Below are positions 23,454-36,409 of a stretch of 64,000 bases of DNA, piece after piece (position 1 is the stretch's first letter; the number at the start of each line of letters is the position of its first letter). Origin of the DNA: Emiliania huxleyi CCMP1516 (Eukaryota); contig NW_005202303.1 in NCBI RefSeq assembly GCF_000372725.1, positions 186,001 through 250,000 on the forward strand, given 5' to 3'. The position numbers were made by a program, and so were the translations under genes. The notes under the pieces were generated by a model. It was not told the origin of the DNA, ran no database searches, and worked only from the letters and a program-made list of their open reading frames with translations.

Positions 23454-24365
23454 ATGAGGCACGATCACATGCAGGCCTGGTCGCCGCAGGAGGATCGCGT
23501 CATCCTCCAGATGTATCAGACCGAGGGCCGCAAATGGGGTCGGATCGCGTCCGCGCTCCCAGGCCGCAGCTCGGCCTCTGTGCGCAACCGCTTCCTCCGG
23601 ATTGAAAAGGGGCAGACTCTGCGCGAGCTAGGGCTCTCCAAGAATCGCTGCGCCGCGTGCGGGCAGCAAAAGCTAGGCCACGTATGCCAAGTCAAGCTCT
23701 CACCGCTGCCCGTACGACCGAACCTCGTGGCCAACCCTTCGCTTCTGAAGCTTCCGCAAGCGTTCGCCACGCCGATCCCTCCGTCAGAGGCGCCGTTCCT
23801 CGACCCGCGCCTGCCAGCGGTGTACGTCTCGCCGCTGCAGCACCCAAACTCGCCGCCCTCGTACGCTACGCACACCTCGTTTCGGTTTCCCGCCGACTCC
23901 TCGCAGCAGCTGTGGATCGCGCCCGCAGCAGCGCCGTCGCCGCTTCTCCCCTCGATGGTCCCGAGGGGCATGTCGCCGCCGCTGTCGGCCACGGCCACCG
24001 TGACCACCGGACCGACCGTCGGCTTTGGGCACGCGCGGCCCGACCGGGCGGAGCCAGCCACCAAGCGCAAGCGCGAGGGTGAGGCCGACCGGGTGGCGGG
24101 CAGCGCGCCGGCGACGGCTCCTGCGGTGGTTGCGGCCGAGGCGGCAGAGGGGCTGGCGGCGCTTTTCGCCGAGAACCTGCCGCCGCCGCGAGGGGAAAGC
24201 GGCCGCGCCAGAACGGCGTGGCAGGTGTCAGCTGGCGACGGGCCGCCGCCGATTATGCGGCGCAACAGCTCAAAGAGCTTTGACGGGTTGCGCCGCCCCC
24301 TCGAGCCGGCGGACAATATGCTCGAGGACATGATGGTGGCGGAGCTGGCCGCGCAGACGGCGTAG
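23454..24365 (+). CDS. Myb-domain transcription factor (single repeat plus CxxC...HxC motif)
   Basis: AWSPQEDRVIL...GRKWGRIASALPGRSSASVRNRF, followed by CAACGQQKLGHVC. Confidence 0.9.
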   Translation: MRHDHMQAWSPQEDRVILQMYQTEGRKWGRIASALPGRSSASVRNRFLRIEKGQTLRELGLSKNRCAACGQQKLGHVCQVKLSPLPVRPNLVANPSLLKLPQAFATPIPPSEAPFLDPRLPAVYVSPLQHPNSPPSYATHTSFRFPADSSQQLWIAPAAAPSPLLPSMVPRGMSPPLSATATVTTGPTVGFGHARPDRAEPATKRKREGEADRVAGSAPATAPAVVAAEAAEGLAALFAENLPPPRGESGRARTAWQVSAGDGPPPIMRRNSSKSFDGLRRPLEPADNMLEDMMVAELAAQTA

Positions 24366-25201
24366 GCGGCCGAGGCGCACATTCCTACTACCGCCGCCGC
24401 CGTCGACGTGTTCACTTCCTCAGAGGAGCTGGGGTGGCTGCACCGCCTCCGTATTGCTCCGGCCTTGGAGAGAGGGTTTCGGCGAACCAAGGTGGCCTCT
24501 GGAGAAGAGCTGCCTATTGTCCACTCGACACGATTTACCACGCCGTCGTGATCGGCCGTGTCGGAAGTGTGCGCCAGTGCATCGATCGGCCGTGTCGGAA
24601 ATGTGCATTTGCGTGCATGCCCCATCAGTGCCCCATATCCCGCACACTCAAACACTTCTCAGATCGTCAGTCTCAACGTCAGGCCGCTTCCAGTACTGTG
24701 TATACGAAAGAGCAGGTGGCAAAAGAACGAAGAGTTCTCCGCTGAATTCTAACGTCATACTGGGTCGTGCGTGCTCCCTGTGTTGACCTGTGGACGCGCG
24801 CACCGCGCACTACCCGACACACACCCTGCACAGGGTTGACGCATGACGGACGATGACGCTCTTAATTTTTTGACGCCATGACCCATGAGGTGCTCACACT
24901 CCATCCAACAACAGGTGGCAAAAAGTGTGTGAGCGTACGCGGGTACACTCGCTTGCATCTCTCTCCTCTATGACTCTAGAGCAACAGCAAGCAATCGTTT
25001 CTACTCTGCGGTACAAAAGAGATACTCACAAGCGCCGCTCACAGGCCAACCGAAGGCCAACGGAGAGAGCGCGCGGAGCCTCCCGCCTCAGTCGGCTATC
25101 TTGGGAGACGGCGTCGGCCGTTGTGGAGACGCAGCCCGGCGTGCAAAAGTACTAGTCAGTGATATTTCGCGGGCGCTGCGAGAGTATGCCGGCGCTGCGG
25201 A

Positions 25202-28200
25202 TCAAAGCCCGTGGATTTGCTGGAATGCCTTGGAGGTTTTGAGCACCTAAGGAAGAGGTATGGTCACCGTCTCCGCACGTCTCCACACACACAAAGTGGT
25301 GGGCAAGGTGGTGGTGGTGGTGGTGGGGGGGGGGGGAGCACCTCCTCGAGTGCGGGCGGGTAGCCCGGCCCATGCTGCTGCCGCCACGCCTTTAGTAATG
25401 AATCATTCGTGGGTAGTAGTGAATCATTAATGATGACTTGTCGTGCTGCTGCCGCCACGCCTTCGACTCGGCGGAGACGTCGCGCACCTGGTAAGTCACC
25501 CGAGAGGTTAGCCGAGATTAGCCCAGATTACCACCCGGCGGAGTGGCTGCGCGCCTTGTAGATGCGCACCATCTTGTGGCTCGTCGTGTACACCTCCTCG
25601 AAGTGCTGCAGCGGCGCGATCTTCTCGTCGAGCCCCCAGCCGTGAAGCCGGTAGAGCAGCGACTCCTGCTGACAGCCTTCTCTCATTAGGCGGCAGGTTT
25701 CTTCTTTCTGGAGGCGTGCCACCGCCAGAGAGGCTCCTCCATCATTTTGGAGGGGGTCCCGTCCTTGCCCAAGTAGAAGGCCTGCGCGTTGATATCCGGG
25801 TAGACGGAGCCGGCGATCCGCGCCATATGCGGCGACTTTGCGAGGTCGTCCGCAGCCATGCCGTTGTGGCGCGTCGTCCAGAGCAGCACCTACGCGCCGG
25901 TTCTGAGAAGGCTCCGGGAAGGCTCCGACGCGTGGCGCGTCGTCCGGAGCAGCGCACGTAGTCAGCGAGGTGGCGCGTGATCGCGTGCGACGCCTCCTCG
26001 CTCGAGACGAGGCACTTGCCCAGCAAGGCGATGTGCTCGTGGTTCCAAGTGTTGCCGTCGGCGAGAGTCGTGCGGTTGGCGACGCCGCTGATCTGGTACC
26101 TGCGGACGCGTCGCGGCGTCTCGTGGGCGTGTGCGCAAGTGTGTCAGCAAAGGTGTGGATGTGCCAACGGGTGGGAGACAGTGGGGTGTCATGGTGTGGC
26201 GCAGGAAGTGTCTCAGAGGTGTCTCGGAAGTGTCTTGGCACCCGTAGTCCCACCACGCCATCACGCGAGAGTCACGCGGCGTCTCGTCGCGCAACCACCA
26301 ATAGGCCTCGCGAAAGTCGTCGTACACGGAGTACGTCCCGTTGTGGTGCCGCGCCCGCACCATGATGTGCGGCTCCTAAAAGCAGACAGGTCCCGCTTCA
26401 GAGACAGGAATCGCGCAGCCCCTTGCGCCATGATGCACGGTTCCGAGATGCGCCGTGCGATGCTGAACGAATGAGGGACGAAACGAATCGCGCCAAACCC
26501 GACCACCGACAATAGCGCCATGCCCACCGAGCGGCGCAGCGACGCGCTCTCAGTGTACAGCCCCTCGACCTCATCCCACAAAGAAGGGCCGCCGCTCTCG
26601 CCATGCTCCCCGTCGCCGTCCGGGGAGCCGCCACGCCCCGCCGCCGCCGCCGGCGGCGGCGGCGGCGGCGCCTGCTTGCGGCGCCTGCCGCCCGCCTCGA
26701 CCCTCGCCTGCGCATCTAGCCGCGCCTGCGCCTTCTTGCCTAGTGCGGCGCGGCCCTGCTCCTGCTGCGGCTGCGGCTGCGGCTGCTGCTGCGGCGGCTG
26801 CGGCGGCTGCTGCGGCGGCGGGCTGATGGCCCGCGGCTGCTCGGCCTCCTCCTCCTCCCCCTCCACGGGCGGCTGGTCGTCAGCGGTGAGCGCCTTGGGG
26901 GAGGGAGGAGCGGGGAGGGTGGGGCGAGGGCGGGAGGGAGGGAGGGCCGGAGGGAGGGAGGGTGTGGGCGGGCGAGAGGGGCGCCTCGATGTTGAAGGCG
27001 ATGAGGGAGTCGAGGCAGGCGGCGGCGCAGACCGAAGTGGCCGGCGAGATGAGGAGGAGGAGGCGCACCTGACCTCAGGCGATCTCGGGTGATCTCGGGC
27101 CATCTCGGGCCATGTCGGGCCATCTCGCGCCATCTCGCGCCATCTCGGGCCATCTCGCGCCATCTTTGCGGAGAAGTAGAAGCCGACGATCGTGTAGACG
27201 ATGAGGAAGAGCTTCGCGTCTGACTTGCCGAAGAAGGCTGTGCCGAGGCCGAGCGGCATCACAAAGAGGGTGAAGTGGAAGTAGTGCCAGTACAGCATGG
27301 GCGGCGTCGCCTAGCCGAGGTACAGCCGGGGTGCAGCCGAGACACAGCCGAGAGGGCGCCCGTGTGGGTCTGTGGTGGTGTCGCCTGGTGCTCCGCCACC
27401 GAGTCGACGAGCGGGTTGCCCGTCTTGGTGTGCTTGATGAACAGGCTCCGCACGCGCGCAGACATCGGGCCGATGAAGCCCTCCGGAAGGACGACGGCGA
27501 CGGCGACGGCGGCGGCGGCGGCGGCATACCCGAACAGCCGCAGCCGCAGCTTGAGCGTCTCCGTCGAGTCTAGCCGCCGCCTGTCCGCCATCACCTCGGA
27601 CAGCTGCCACAGCTGCAGCGCCGCGAACACCGCCGTCGGGCCGAGCTGCTCGAGCGACTGGAAAGGCTGCCACCCGACCAGGTAGCGGGCCGGCCCAAAC
27701 ACGGCGCCTGCAGGAAAGTTCCGAGACAGCTGCGAGACAGTCCGAGAAGGCTCGTGCCGGGGCGGGAGGAGACGGCGCCGGCTGTGCCGACCAGCCACCA
27801 GAGGGAGTAGGCGCGCCACAGCCGCGCGGAGTAGCGCCCGACCAGCACCAGAGCCGCCGCCTTCGGGTGAGGACTTCGAATGGCGGCGGGCAGAGAGGCG
27901 GTGGCGGTGGCGGTGGCGGTGGCGGTGGCGGTGGCGGTAGCGGCGGGTGTGTGGAGCTGTGAGGTGCGGTGTCATCGTCGGGAGCGACGGAAAGGAGGTG
28001 CCTCTGCGGTGTCTCGCTGCCGTTCGGAAGTGTCTCTTTTCCTCGGCAGTGTCCCCTCAATGCCTCAGCAATGTCTCGGAAGTGTCCCGGGAGTGTCCCG
28101 CACGTGGATGCCAATCATGTTGAGGACGAAGACGTAGCCGCCCCACGCGGCGACCATGTAGCTGTAGCTCACGCCGCAGAGCAGCGCCGCCGGCCACGAG

Positions 28201-28754
28201 GCGTCCGACCGCAGCGCGCGCACCCACAGGTAGAAGGTGCTGACCATCGCCGCGACCGCAATCGACTCGTTGTCGAAGCCTCCGGCGATGGAGCGCATGA
28301 GGTGGCCGGGGTGGATGGCCATGATGGCCGTGGCGAGCGCCGCCGCGTTCGGCTTCCGCGTCACCTCCCACGCCAGCAGCCCCGTGAAGCCCGCCGCGAG
28401 CGCGCCAAAGCCGGCGGGCAAAAAGACGCACACATCGTTGAGCGAGGCGGGCCGGCCAACCGCCGCGAGCGCGCTGTGGACGCCCCAGGCGGTGAGCTGC
28501 AGGCCGGGGTACGTCGTCGAGCCGACGTGCCGCCCGAGCGGGTACCACACCTCGTGGTCGTACCACGCCTGAAAGGCGCCCCAGCCGTGCGCGACCATGT
28601 ACTCGGCGGCGCGGAAGTTGAACCACGGGTCAAATTCGTGGATGACGCGGCCGTAGGTGCGGACCGCGTACAGTCGGATGTTGACGGCCTCGAAGAGCGC
28701 GAACGCGATCAAGAGGGCGCGCAAGGTGGGGATCAGGAGGCGCTGGGCGGACAT
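25202..28754 (-). CDS. STT3: Oligosaccharyltransferase catalytic subunit STT3, multi-exon
   Basis: IHEFDPWFNFR, WYPLGRHVGSTTYPGL, GGFDNES, AAWGGYVF, DSVAEHQ, DDFREAYWWL...WWDYG, NRTTLADGNTWN, DDLAKSPHMARIA. Probable last exon VLKTSKAFQQIHGL* with the stop at 25202. Confidence 0.95.
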
Positions 28755-29843
28755 ATTGGCCCTGTGGCCGGGTGTAGCGGTACGCGAAGCGAGCTGGCAC
28801 TACCTCATGTATCGGAGTTATGGTCCTGATACGACCTGTGAACGTGAAGAGAGTGGTACCAGCACTGTCGATCGTTACGGCACGCAAGGGGGGCCTCGCG
28901 GACGTATGATCCTAGCCCAATAAGTTCCACGGAGCAGATTTGGATTTTTGACAGAATTAATGCACTGCCCCCGCACGATACTAACTATCGTAGTTTTGGT
29001 CCCGGTGCCCTTCACGGCACCACACCGCCGCTTGAAGGCCCGAGATTAGCCTAGCAGTGAGTGGGCATCGCCTGCCGGTCGGCTGGGCACGAGCCAAGCA
29101 CTTGGGTGGCCGTCGACCGAGTCCGAGCGGCGCCTGAGGTGGGTGCCACGGCGTCTGCACGAAGGCGTGGCGGGGTGAGGAGCCAGGGGTGGTGAACACC
29201 TCCCCGTCGGGCGCGCGGCGCGCCGGATGGTCCGCCGAGGCCGCCGCCGCCCCGGCGGCGGCGATGGGGGCGGCGGGGCCGACCCGGCCGGCGTTTGTCG
29301 GCTCCACCTACAGAGAAGCAGCCTCTGTGGGTCGACGATACTAACTCGGTAGTAACGCGGAGCGGTGCTGTGCGGCGCCGAGTCGTGCGCGAGGCGACCT
29401 CCTGAGGCTACCTGAGCTGGCAATGGATGCCACCAGGACGCACGGCTAGCAGGAGCCAGTCAGGCATGCCCTGCTGTGGAGCAGAGCCAGCTGGCGCACC
29501 GGCGATACTAACTCAGCGCGCCGCGAGAGGCGAATCTGGGCGACTTTGGAGGCGCAGTTCTCGAGCTTGCCGTCGACGATTGATGTCGGGTAAATTGTCA
29601 CTGCCGTCCGGGAAGGTCTTCTCTCAACAGGCCGAGCGCCGTGGCCTGGCTCGGCTCGCCGCGGGCGCCACGAATTTATCAGGACCAAAACTCACGACAC
29701 CTCGATACTAACAAAAACTACGATACATGAGGTAACACAGCGAGAAAAAAGAATTGTGGCAGCTCTTTCTTTTCTGCAGGGGGAAGTTTTTTGAATTCCA
29801 ACAAGAAATATGATCGTGAAGACTCCCAGTGCTGACATATGCG

Positions 29844-30619
29844 TTATAAACGGTCTGCCTTGCACGCGTGCAGCCAGTCGACACAGCAGTCCTTGAGGTA
29901 GCGGCGCTGAGTGCAGTCGGCGGCGCAGGAGCAGCTGGACCCGTCTGTAAACTCGATCCGAGCCACTCGCCTGGCTGCGGAGGCGCCGCCGGCGGCGGTA
30001 GCCTGCCGCTGGCTGTCTGACCTCGCCGCCTGCCCCTGCTGTGTCGGCGGCGCGGCTGCGCCTCCCTCGAACTGCAGCGCCATGATGTCCTCGTGGCCGT
30101 AGTGCGTCGCGTGCGGCGGCCAGGCGGCCCGCTGCGCCTCGTCGCTCATCCCGTCGCGCTGCCGGTCGGTCGGCGGTAGCGCGAGGCGGCGGAGCGTCCC
30201 GTTGGCGTGCAGCAGGTCCGCACCGAGGGGCTGCTGGCCGGGCGCGAGAGGCGGGTCGGCGGCCGCGGCGGCGGCGGTGTCGGCAGCGGCGGTGTCGGCA
30301 GCGGCAGCGGCGGTGTCGGCAGCGGCGGCCTCCTCGCCTCCCCGCTCGAGGGCGAGCTTGTACGACATCCACCGGTCCCACTGCTCGAGGAAGGCGACTC
30401 CCTCGGGCCGGTCGAGGTCGACCTGCAAAGGGGCGAGAGCCGCGGTGTGTGACGGCGGGGGAGGCGGGGGAGGCGGGGGAGGCGGGCGGTGGTCTGGCGA
30501 CAGGTCGCGGTGAGTGACCGGAGCGGTGGTGACCACCCCGGCCTGCCGGGGAACCGGCCTGCCCGGGGGATGAGGGTGGCTCGCACGTCGTTTGTGCGTG
30601 AGCGACCAACGGCAGCGAG

Positions 30620-30694
<75 letters not shown>

Positions 30695-32167
30695 ACCGGG
30701 AGGGGGTCTGAGCAGCTGAATGGCGCTGCCTTTCGCGCAAAGGCGGCGGGCGACGAGAAGACGGCGGGCAGCAGCTGCGGAGAGAGCACCATCGGCCCGG
30801 ACGCGTGCGCCTACTCTCGACTCAACCTCGACTCGAACCTCGCGATGTCTGAGGGGAGGTGGCAGCACTGGCAAGGGCGCGAGCGCCGGTCCGACAGAGT
30901 GCCAGTAGTGGGCCGGGTCGCCATACCTTCCGGGGAGGGTCGGGGAAGGGTGAGAGGAGAGGGCCTCTCGCCGCCAGCAGCGTGCCGCGGGGCGTCGGTG
31001 CGCGCCCGTGCGGCCAGTCGATGTACCTCAAGTTGTGGGCAAGGAGCGCCGGCCCGCCGCGCGGCGTCGAGGTGCGGGCGAAGGGCGAGCCGAGCAGCGC
31101 CGTCTGGAGGAAGGTCTCGTCTGCCATGTAGGTGCCCTCAAGGTGGAGGGCGAGGGCGCGCGGCCGAGCCGAGGAGAGCAGGTAGGAGGCCGCCTAATGC
31201 TCACTGAGCTGAGGCGTGCACCACACAGTGCCACGTGAGCAGGAGGACACAGTGTGCAGGCGGGAGGCCGCCTCCGCCGACAGCACCGCCCACTGCGACC
31301 CGTGGAAGAAGCTCGTCCCTTGGGGCGGCGGCGGCCTGCCGATCGGCAGCGGAGGCGCACGCGGGTCTGGGTAGAGGATCGGGCCCGACCGAGCGTAGCA
31401 GCAGCGCGAGCTGCCCTCGCCGAAGAGCGCCGCGGGCGTGCCTGGTGGGGGGAGTGGCAAAGAGTGATAGCAGCTGAGCGGTGGGTAGTGAGTAGCGGCT
31501 TAGCAATGGGCAGTGAGTGCGTGCCGTTGAGGATCAGGAAGCCCTCCCCGCGGCACTCGAGCCAGGCGGGCGTGCGCATCGTCGCGTGCGCGCCGTACCG
31601 CATCCCGTCCCTCGCGGGGAACTTCGCCGCCACGAAGGAGGTGCCGCGGTGCCGCGCGAGGAAGGAGGAGAGCTCTCGGCCGGTGCGGAGCGCCACGTCG
31701 GCGTCCGAGAGGTTGATGACGAAGTCGAGGGAGGGGGCGGCGGCGAGCGCGATGGCGACCGCCTCCAGCAGGACCTCCACCTGCGACGCCGCACCCCATC
31801 CGACCGGGCGCCGCTCGAGCAGGTGCACGCGCGGCTCCGAGGCGGCCCAACCGGCGACGGCACTGTGCGCGCGGGCGTCGATGTGGAGGAGGAAGAGGTG
31901 CGAAGGCGCGTCGAGCGCGCGCACGAGGCGGGCGACCGTCGCGTGCGCAAAGCGCCGGTGCGCCATGATAAGAAAGGCGAGCGACGCGCGTCCGGGCCCG
32001 GCAGGAGCCGGCGGCGGCAGCTGGACCGCCGTCCGCGCCCGGAGCGGCATCCCATCGCCCGCCGCGCGCCGCAGCCGCTCGTCGATGGCGGCGAGGCAGG
32101 CGGCGTGTGCGGCGGCAGACGAGGGCTGAGCCGCCGCGTTACGTCCCTCGTGGTCGAGCAGCTGCAT
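29844..32167 (-). CDS. GT14 (core-2/I-branching, xylosyltransferase-like) glycosyltransferase with a C-terminal Cys-rich somatomedin-B-like motif; start uncertain
   Basis: LAFLIMAH...LHIDAR...VGWGAASQVEVLL...INLSDADV, FFHGSQWAVLS, MADETFLQT, NLRYIDW, AFARK. C-terminus is CSCAADC...DCCVDWLHAC. Confidence 0.8.
30622..30692. repeat. (TG)n microsatellite, intronic
   Basis: Visible directly. Confidence 0.95.
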
Positions 32168-32503
32168 GGCCGGCTGCCAGCGACCTCGTCCGTCAGGCAG
32201 CCGTCAGGTGTCGCCACTCCAACTCTTGCGCGGGGGCCCGCTCAGGTCGGCGCTGTGGAATAAGCGGGATGTGTAAACCCGGAGAGACGAGAAAAGAGAT
32301 ACAGGGGATGTGCGATATGCGCGCGCGTGTGACACTCCTTGAGCGGCTCGATGTGTCCCCCGGCCGAGGGAAGTGAGCAAGTGACGAGCGGAGGCGAGCT
32401 GCTGCGGCCTCGTGAATGATGAATAATTAATGAAATGAATGCGGCCTCGTGGGCTGGCACGGCCGGTTTAGCCGCGCTTCTCCCGCCCGCGCGCTACTCT
32501 AAC

Positions 32504-33007
32504 GCTGAGCGCGCCGGCACCGGCGGCTCAGCGGCGGAGCGAGGCTGACCAGGCAGCCTCCCCCGCGTCTCCGTCGCCTACTCCGTCTGCGCCAGTGCCA
32601 GGTGCAAGCGGCAATGCGGCAACACGCTCTCATCCCACCTTCTTTTTCTTCACGTACGGATCATGTAGTCCCCAATCGCTGTCGTGGGATCGCTTGTCAT
32701 TTGAGAGAGTGCGTTCCATGCGGTTTCTCTTTTTTAACAATTCTCTTTTCCTCTTGCAGAAGGCATGGCTGCTGCATCGGCGAGCGAGGCGTTCGACGCC
32801 ATCGGGAAGGCGATGCAGGCCGACGCCACGCTCGCCTCAAAGGTCGGCGGAGTGCTCCAGTTCGAGCTCGGCTCTGTATCGTGGACGGTAAGCTGCACCG
32901 GCGAGGGCAGCGTCGCGGAGGGCAGGGCGTCTGCGCCGGACGCCACTATTACCATGAGCGAGCCGGACTTTCTCAAGCTCTACGCTGGCAAATTAACGGC
33001 ACCACGG
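32504..33007 (+). pseudogene. Truncated duplicate of the 5' end of the SCP2 gene
   Basis: Near-identical to ~34967-35355 (MAA(A)SASEAFDAIGKAMQAD...FLKLYAG). Has an extra ~100 bp upstream and breaks off at a retroelement fragment. Confidence 0.85.
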
Positions 33008-33680
33008 TGGTCGACAGCTGTTCTTCACAGCCTTGTTATTGAGAAGAAAATACGTCCCATGGCGCTGTGCGCTGGTCTGTGAGAGGTTGAGGTGCGAGCC
33101 CTGGAGGCCCTGGGAATGGGGGGAGACTACCCGCGGGCCTAGAAGGCCCGCGCGCAGGGGGGTGGGGCATTGAGACCGGTCATGAATGAGTGCGCGACAC
33201 GCATGTTGCGAGCAGCGTTGTTGATGTTTTGCGCGTCGCCACAGACGGCGGCGCGCGAGAGCTGTTGCGAGTGGTGCTGGACAAAGCCCCGGGCGCTGCC
33301 GGAGGCTGTGCCGTAGTCGGTGCGGTCGACGGCGCTCGGGCTGCTGACCTCTTTGGCGAAGTTGTGGATGATTCTCTTGGTTGGCGGCGCGATGCCGCCC
33401 TGGCTTTCGACGAGACAAATTTTGACGATTCCGTTCTCTTGACATGGAGCGCGTCGTAGTACTGTCCCTTGTGCCCTTTGACCCAGCCTTTACCGGTCGC
33501 ATGGACGAGCAGGCCCTGTGACTTGTGGCCGCGCTCTTTGCACCCATGAAGAACCTTGAGCAAGGTTTGGTCGAGGGTGTTGCCGAAACCAAACTTGTGG
33601 CCCAGTGACGCACAGCATCCGCCGTGTGCCGCCGAGCCCTGCCCAGCCTGCCTCGTTTTTGTGTGAGGGCGCTAGGCATA
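33008..33680 (-). mobile_element. CRE-like non-LTR retrotransposon 3' fragment
   Basis: GHKFGFGNTL...LHGCKERG...HATGKGWVKGHKGQYYDALHVKR is homologous to the 8100-8400 fragment. The 3' UTR matches 3055-3285. Confidence 0.6.
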
Positions 33681-35113
33681 AACGCACAACCCCGGGCCCC
33701 GAAATAGCTCAGTGACAGTCAGACACGCAACACGGGGACCCAGGGAAGGCGAGCAAAAATCTTATCGCTCGCGCTCGCTAGACGCCGACTCGGAGGCCGC
33801 ACCGGTCAGGCGCGCAGCCGGAGACAGAGGGAGGCGCTCAATCGCCGAACTCGGCGAGCGCCTCCAGCGTCTCCGCTTCGTACGCACCCTCCTCCCAGCT
33901 GTTCTTCACCTTTCTTGAGCACTTGAGCACTGGATAGGGTCGATTCCGCATGGTACGGGACCCCTCGATCGTCTCGCCCACCCTCACTGGTGTGTTCATT
34001 GGGGGAGGTCATAACAAACACGGTACGGGATCGAGGTGCACGCTGCAGAAGCAGTGTCGTCCCCCCTCTCCCCGACGGCGATGGCGGTGTGACCGATCGA
34101 GCTACAAGAGGAGCTTGTTCATCAGGATCAGAGGTGGGTCGAGCAGTTCTCACTGTTAGACCTAAAGGTCGGCGCCTTTAGGTCTAACACTCACTTCCAC
34201 AATGGGTGAGCTTCAGACCTCGGGCCTGCCTCCCCCTTCACCCTTCGGCTCGTGTGGATTCGAACCACCGCCGGGATGGAAGCTTCGTGCTTCCATCTTG
34301 ATCCTCCATCTGGTTAATTGTCAAAATTCCTGTTGTGCAAGAGGGGAGGGGGCTCTGACGGAGTGTGTGGCGGGAGAGGGCAGGGAATGGGCGCGGGGGA
34401 GGGGGGTGGGGGGGGGCTCAGCCGTGCAAAAAGCATCAATTAATAATTGTAATGAAGAAATATTGCCCGCCCGTCTCGATCTGGAGGAGGCGGGTCAACC
34501 CCGTGAGGACCAGATCAGGTTCACATTGTCGTAGCCGGAGGGGATGTTGACCTTTAGCTCTTGTGGCCACGCTTCTGCTTTGGTTTTTTCCCCACAGACC
34601 ACTCGGACAACTTTTACCAAATGCCAAAGTTAGCACTTTACCATTCGGGCAAATTCGATTGCATTTTACCACTCGGGCAAACTCGATGAAACGGCGGACG
34701 GAAAACGCGTTTGCGGCCGCTCGCCGGAGAGCTATGCATGGAGCGGCCGGCGCGCCGCCGCAGCTCACCGATGGAGCTTGCGCCGCGGCTCAATCCACAG
34801 GCGCAGCAGCACTGCGACGCATTCTCCAAGCACGGCCTCTGGCGTTGCGAGTGCACAGAGAGCGAGCAAAAGTCGACAAAAGCACTGATCTGCGCGCTAC
34901 TCGCTCGTGGCCGCGCCATGCCTCGCCCTCCCCAAGCTGCTGCTGCGAGCCCTGCCTGCCTGCCTCGCTGAGCGCGTCGGCACCAGCGGCTCAGCGGCGG
35001 AGCGAGGGTGACCAGGCAGCCTCTCCCGCGTCTCCGTCGCCTACTCCGTCTCCGCCAGTCATTTGAGAGAGTGAGTGTGCGCGGTGTTTATCTTTTTTCC
35101 TCTTTGCAGAGGC

Positions 35114-36156
35114 ATGGCTGCATCGGCGAGCGAGGCGTTCGACGCCATCGGGAAGGCGATGCAGGCCGACGCCACGCTCGCCTCAAAGGTCGGCGGAGTG
35201 CTCCAGTTCGAGCTCGGCTCTGTATCGTGGACGGTAAGCTGCACCGGCGAGGGCAGCGTCGCGGAGGGCAGGGCGTCTGCGCCGGACGCCACTATTACCA
35301 TGAGCGAGCCGGACTTTCTCAAGCTCTACGCTGGCACGCTCAACGGCACCACGGCGTACATGAGCGGCAAGATGAAGGCGGACGCGCCACGCGCCTCCCG
35401 CCGCCACGCCCTCCCATCTCACCGACGCGCCGCGCCGCCGCAGATCAAGGGCAACATCGGGCTGGCCCAGAAGCTAGCCGGGCTCACGGCAGCAGCCAGA
35501 AAGCGCGGCGCTGCCGCCGCCGCCACGCCGTCCGGCGGTGGCGCGCCTGCAGCCGCTGCCGCCGCCGCCACGCCGTCCGGCGGTGGCGCGCCTGCAGCCG
35601 CTGGCGCCGGCGCGGCGGCAGGCGCAGCGGGGCGCGCGGGCGACGCGATCGTGGGCACCCCGCCCGGCTTCGAGAGCGACGCAGTCTTCGCTCGCATGGC
35701 GGCCAACCTGCGGACGCAGCCCCGGCTGCCCGCCAAGGTGGAGGGGAGCTTCGGCTTCACGGTGACGGGCGGGCCCGGCGGCGCGGTCGCCGAGTGGTGG
35801 GTGGTGGCCAGGAGCGACGCCGCGCCGCGCGTTGCCGTCGGCAAGCCCGCGACCAAGCCGGATTGCCTCGTCACCATTTCGGACGCGCACCTCGTCGCGC
35901 TGGCGGCGGGGAAGCTGAATGGGAGCGCACTGCCAGAGCATGCCAAATCGCCGCCCCGAGCGCCGCCAGCCGCGACGCCCCGCCCCCCGGAGGCTACCAG
36001 CCGGACAGCATTGACGCTCGCGTGGCCAACGAACTCCGTCTCCTTTCTCGCAGGATGAGCGCCTACTTGAGCGGCAAGATGAAGCTGAAGGGCGACATGC
36101 GCCTCGCGCAGAAGCTCGCCGCGTTGATCGGGGCGGGTCCGAGATCGAAGCTGTGA
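35114..36156 (+). CDS. Peroxisomal double SCP2 (sterol carrier protein 2) domain protein
   Basis: Two SCP2 domains (PDATITMSEPDFLKLYAGTLNGTTAYMSGKMK|IKGNIGLAQKL and PDCLVTISD...MSAYLSGKMKLKGDMRLAQKL). C-terminal SKL is a PTS1 signal. Confidence 0.92.
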
Positions 36157-36409
36157 GGTGTCATCTGCGACTGGTTGTTTTCGCCGCGCGTTTTAGCCGC
36201 TTTACGATTTTGCTTTTCCGCGCTTTATTGCGCCGTGAAAAAAACACGGCGCCTGGCTAGTAGTAGTTGTGTAGTTCCCGCGTTTTCAAAGTGCTTTGAG
36301 ACGAAAAAACACCTTTCACCCCTCTACCTGTACTACCCCACTCGTGTGGAGTCCCAACGAGTATCTCTCCTCTCGCCCCGCGCGCCGCGTGCGGTCGCTC
36401 GCCCGTGTG

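Noticed and set aside
34230..34300. tRNA gene
   Set aside because: Only a T-arm-like motif; no D-arm, anticodon arm or acceptor stem could be built.
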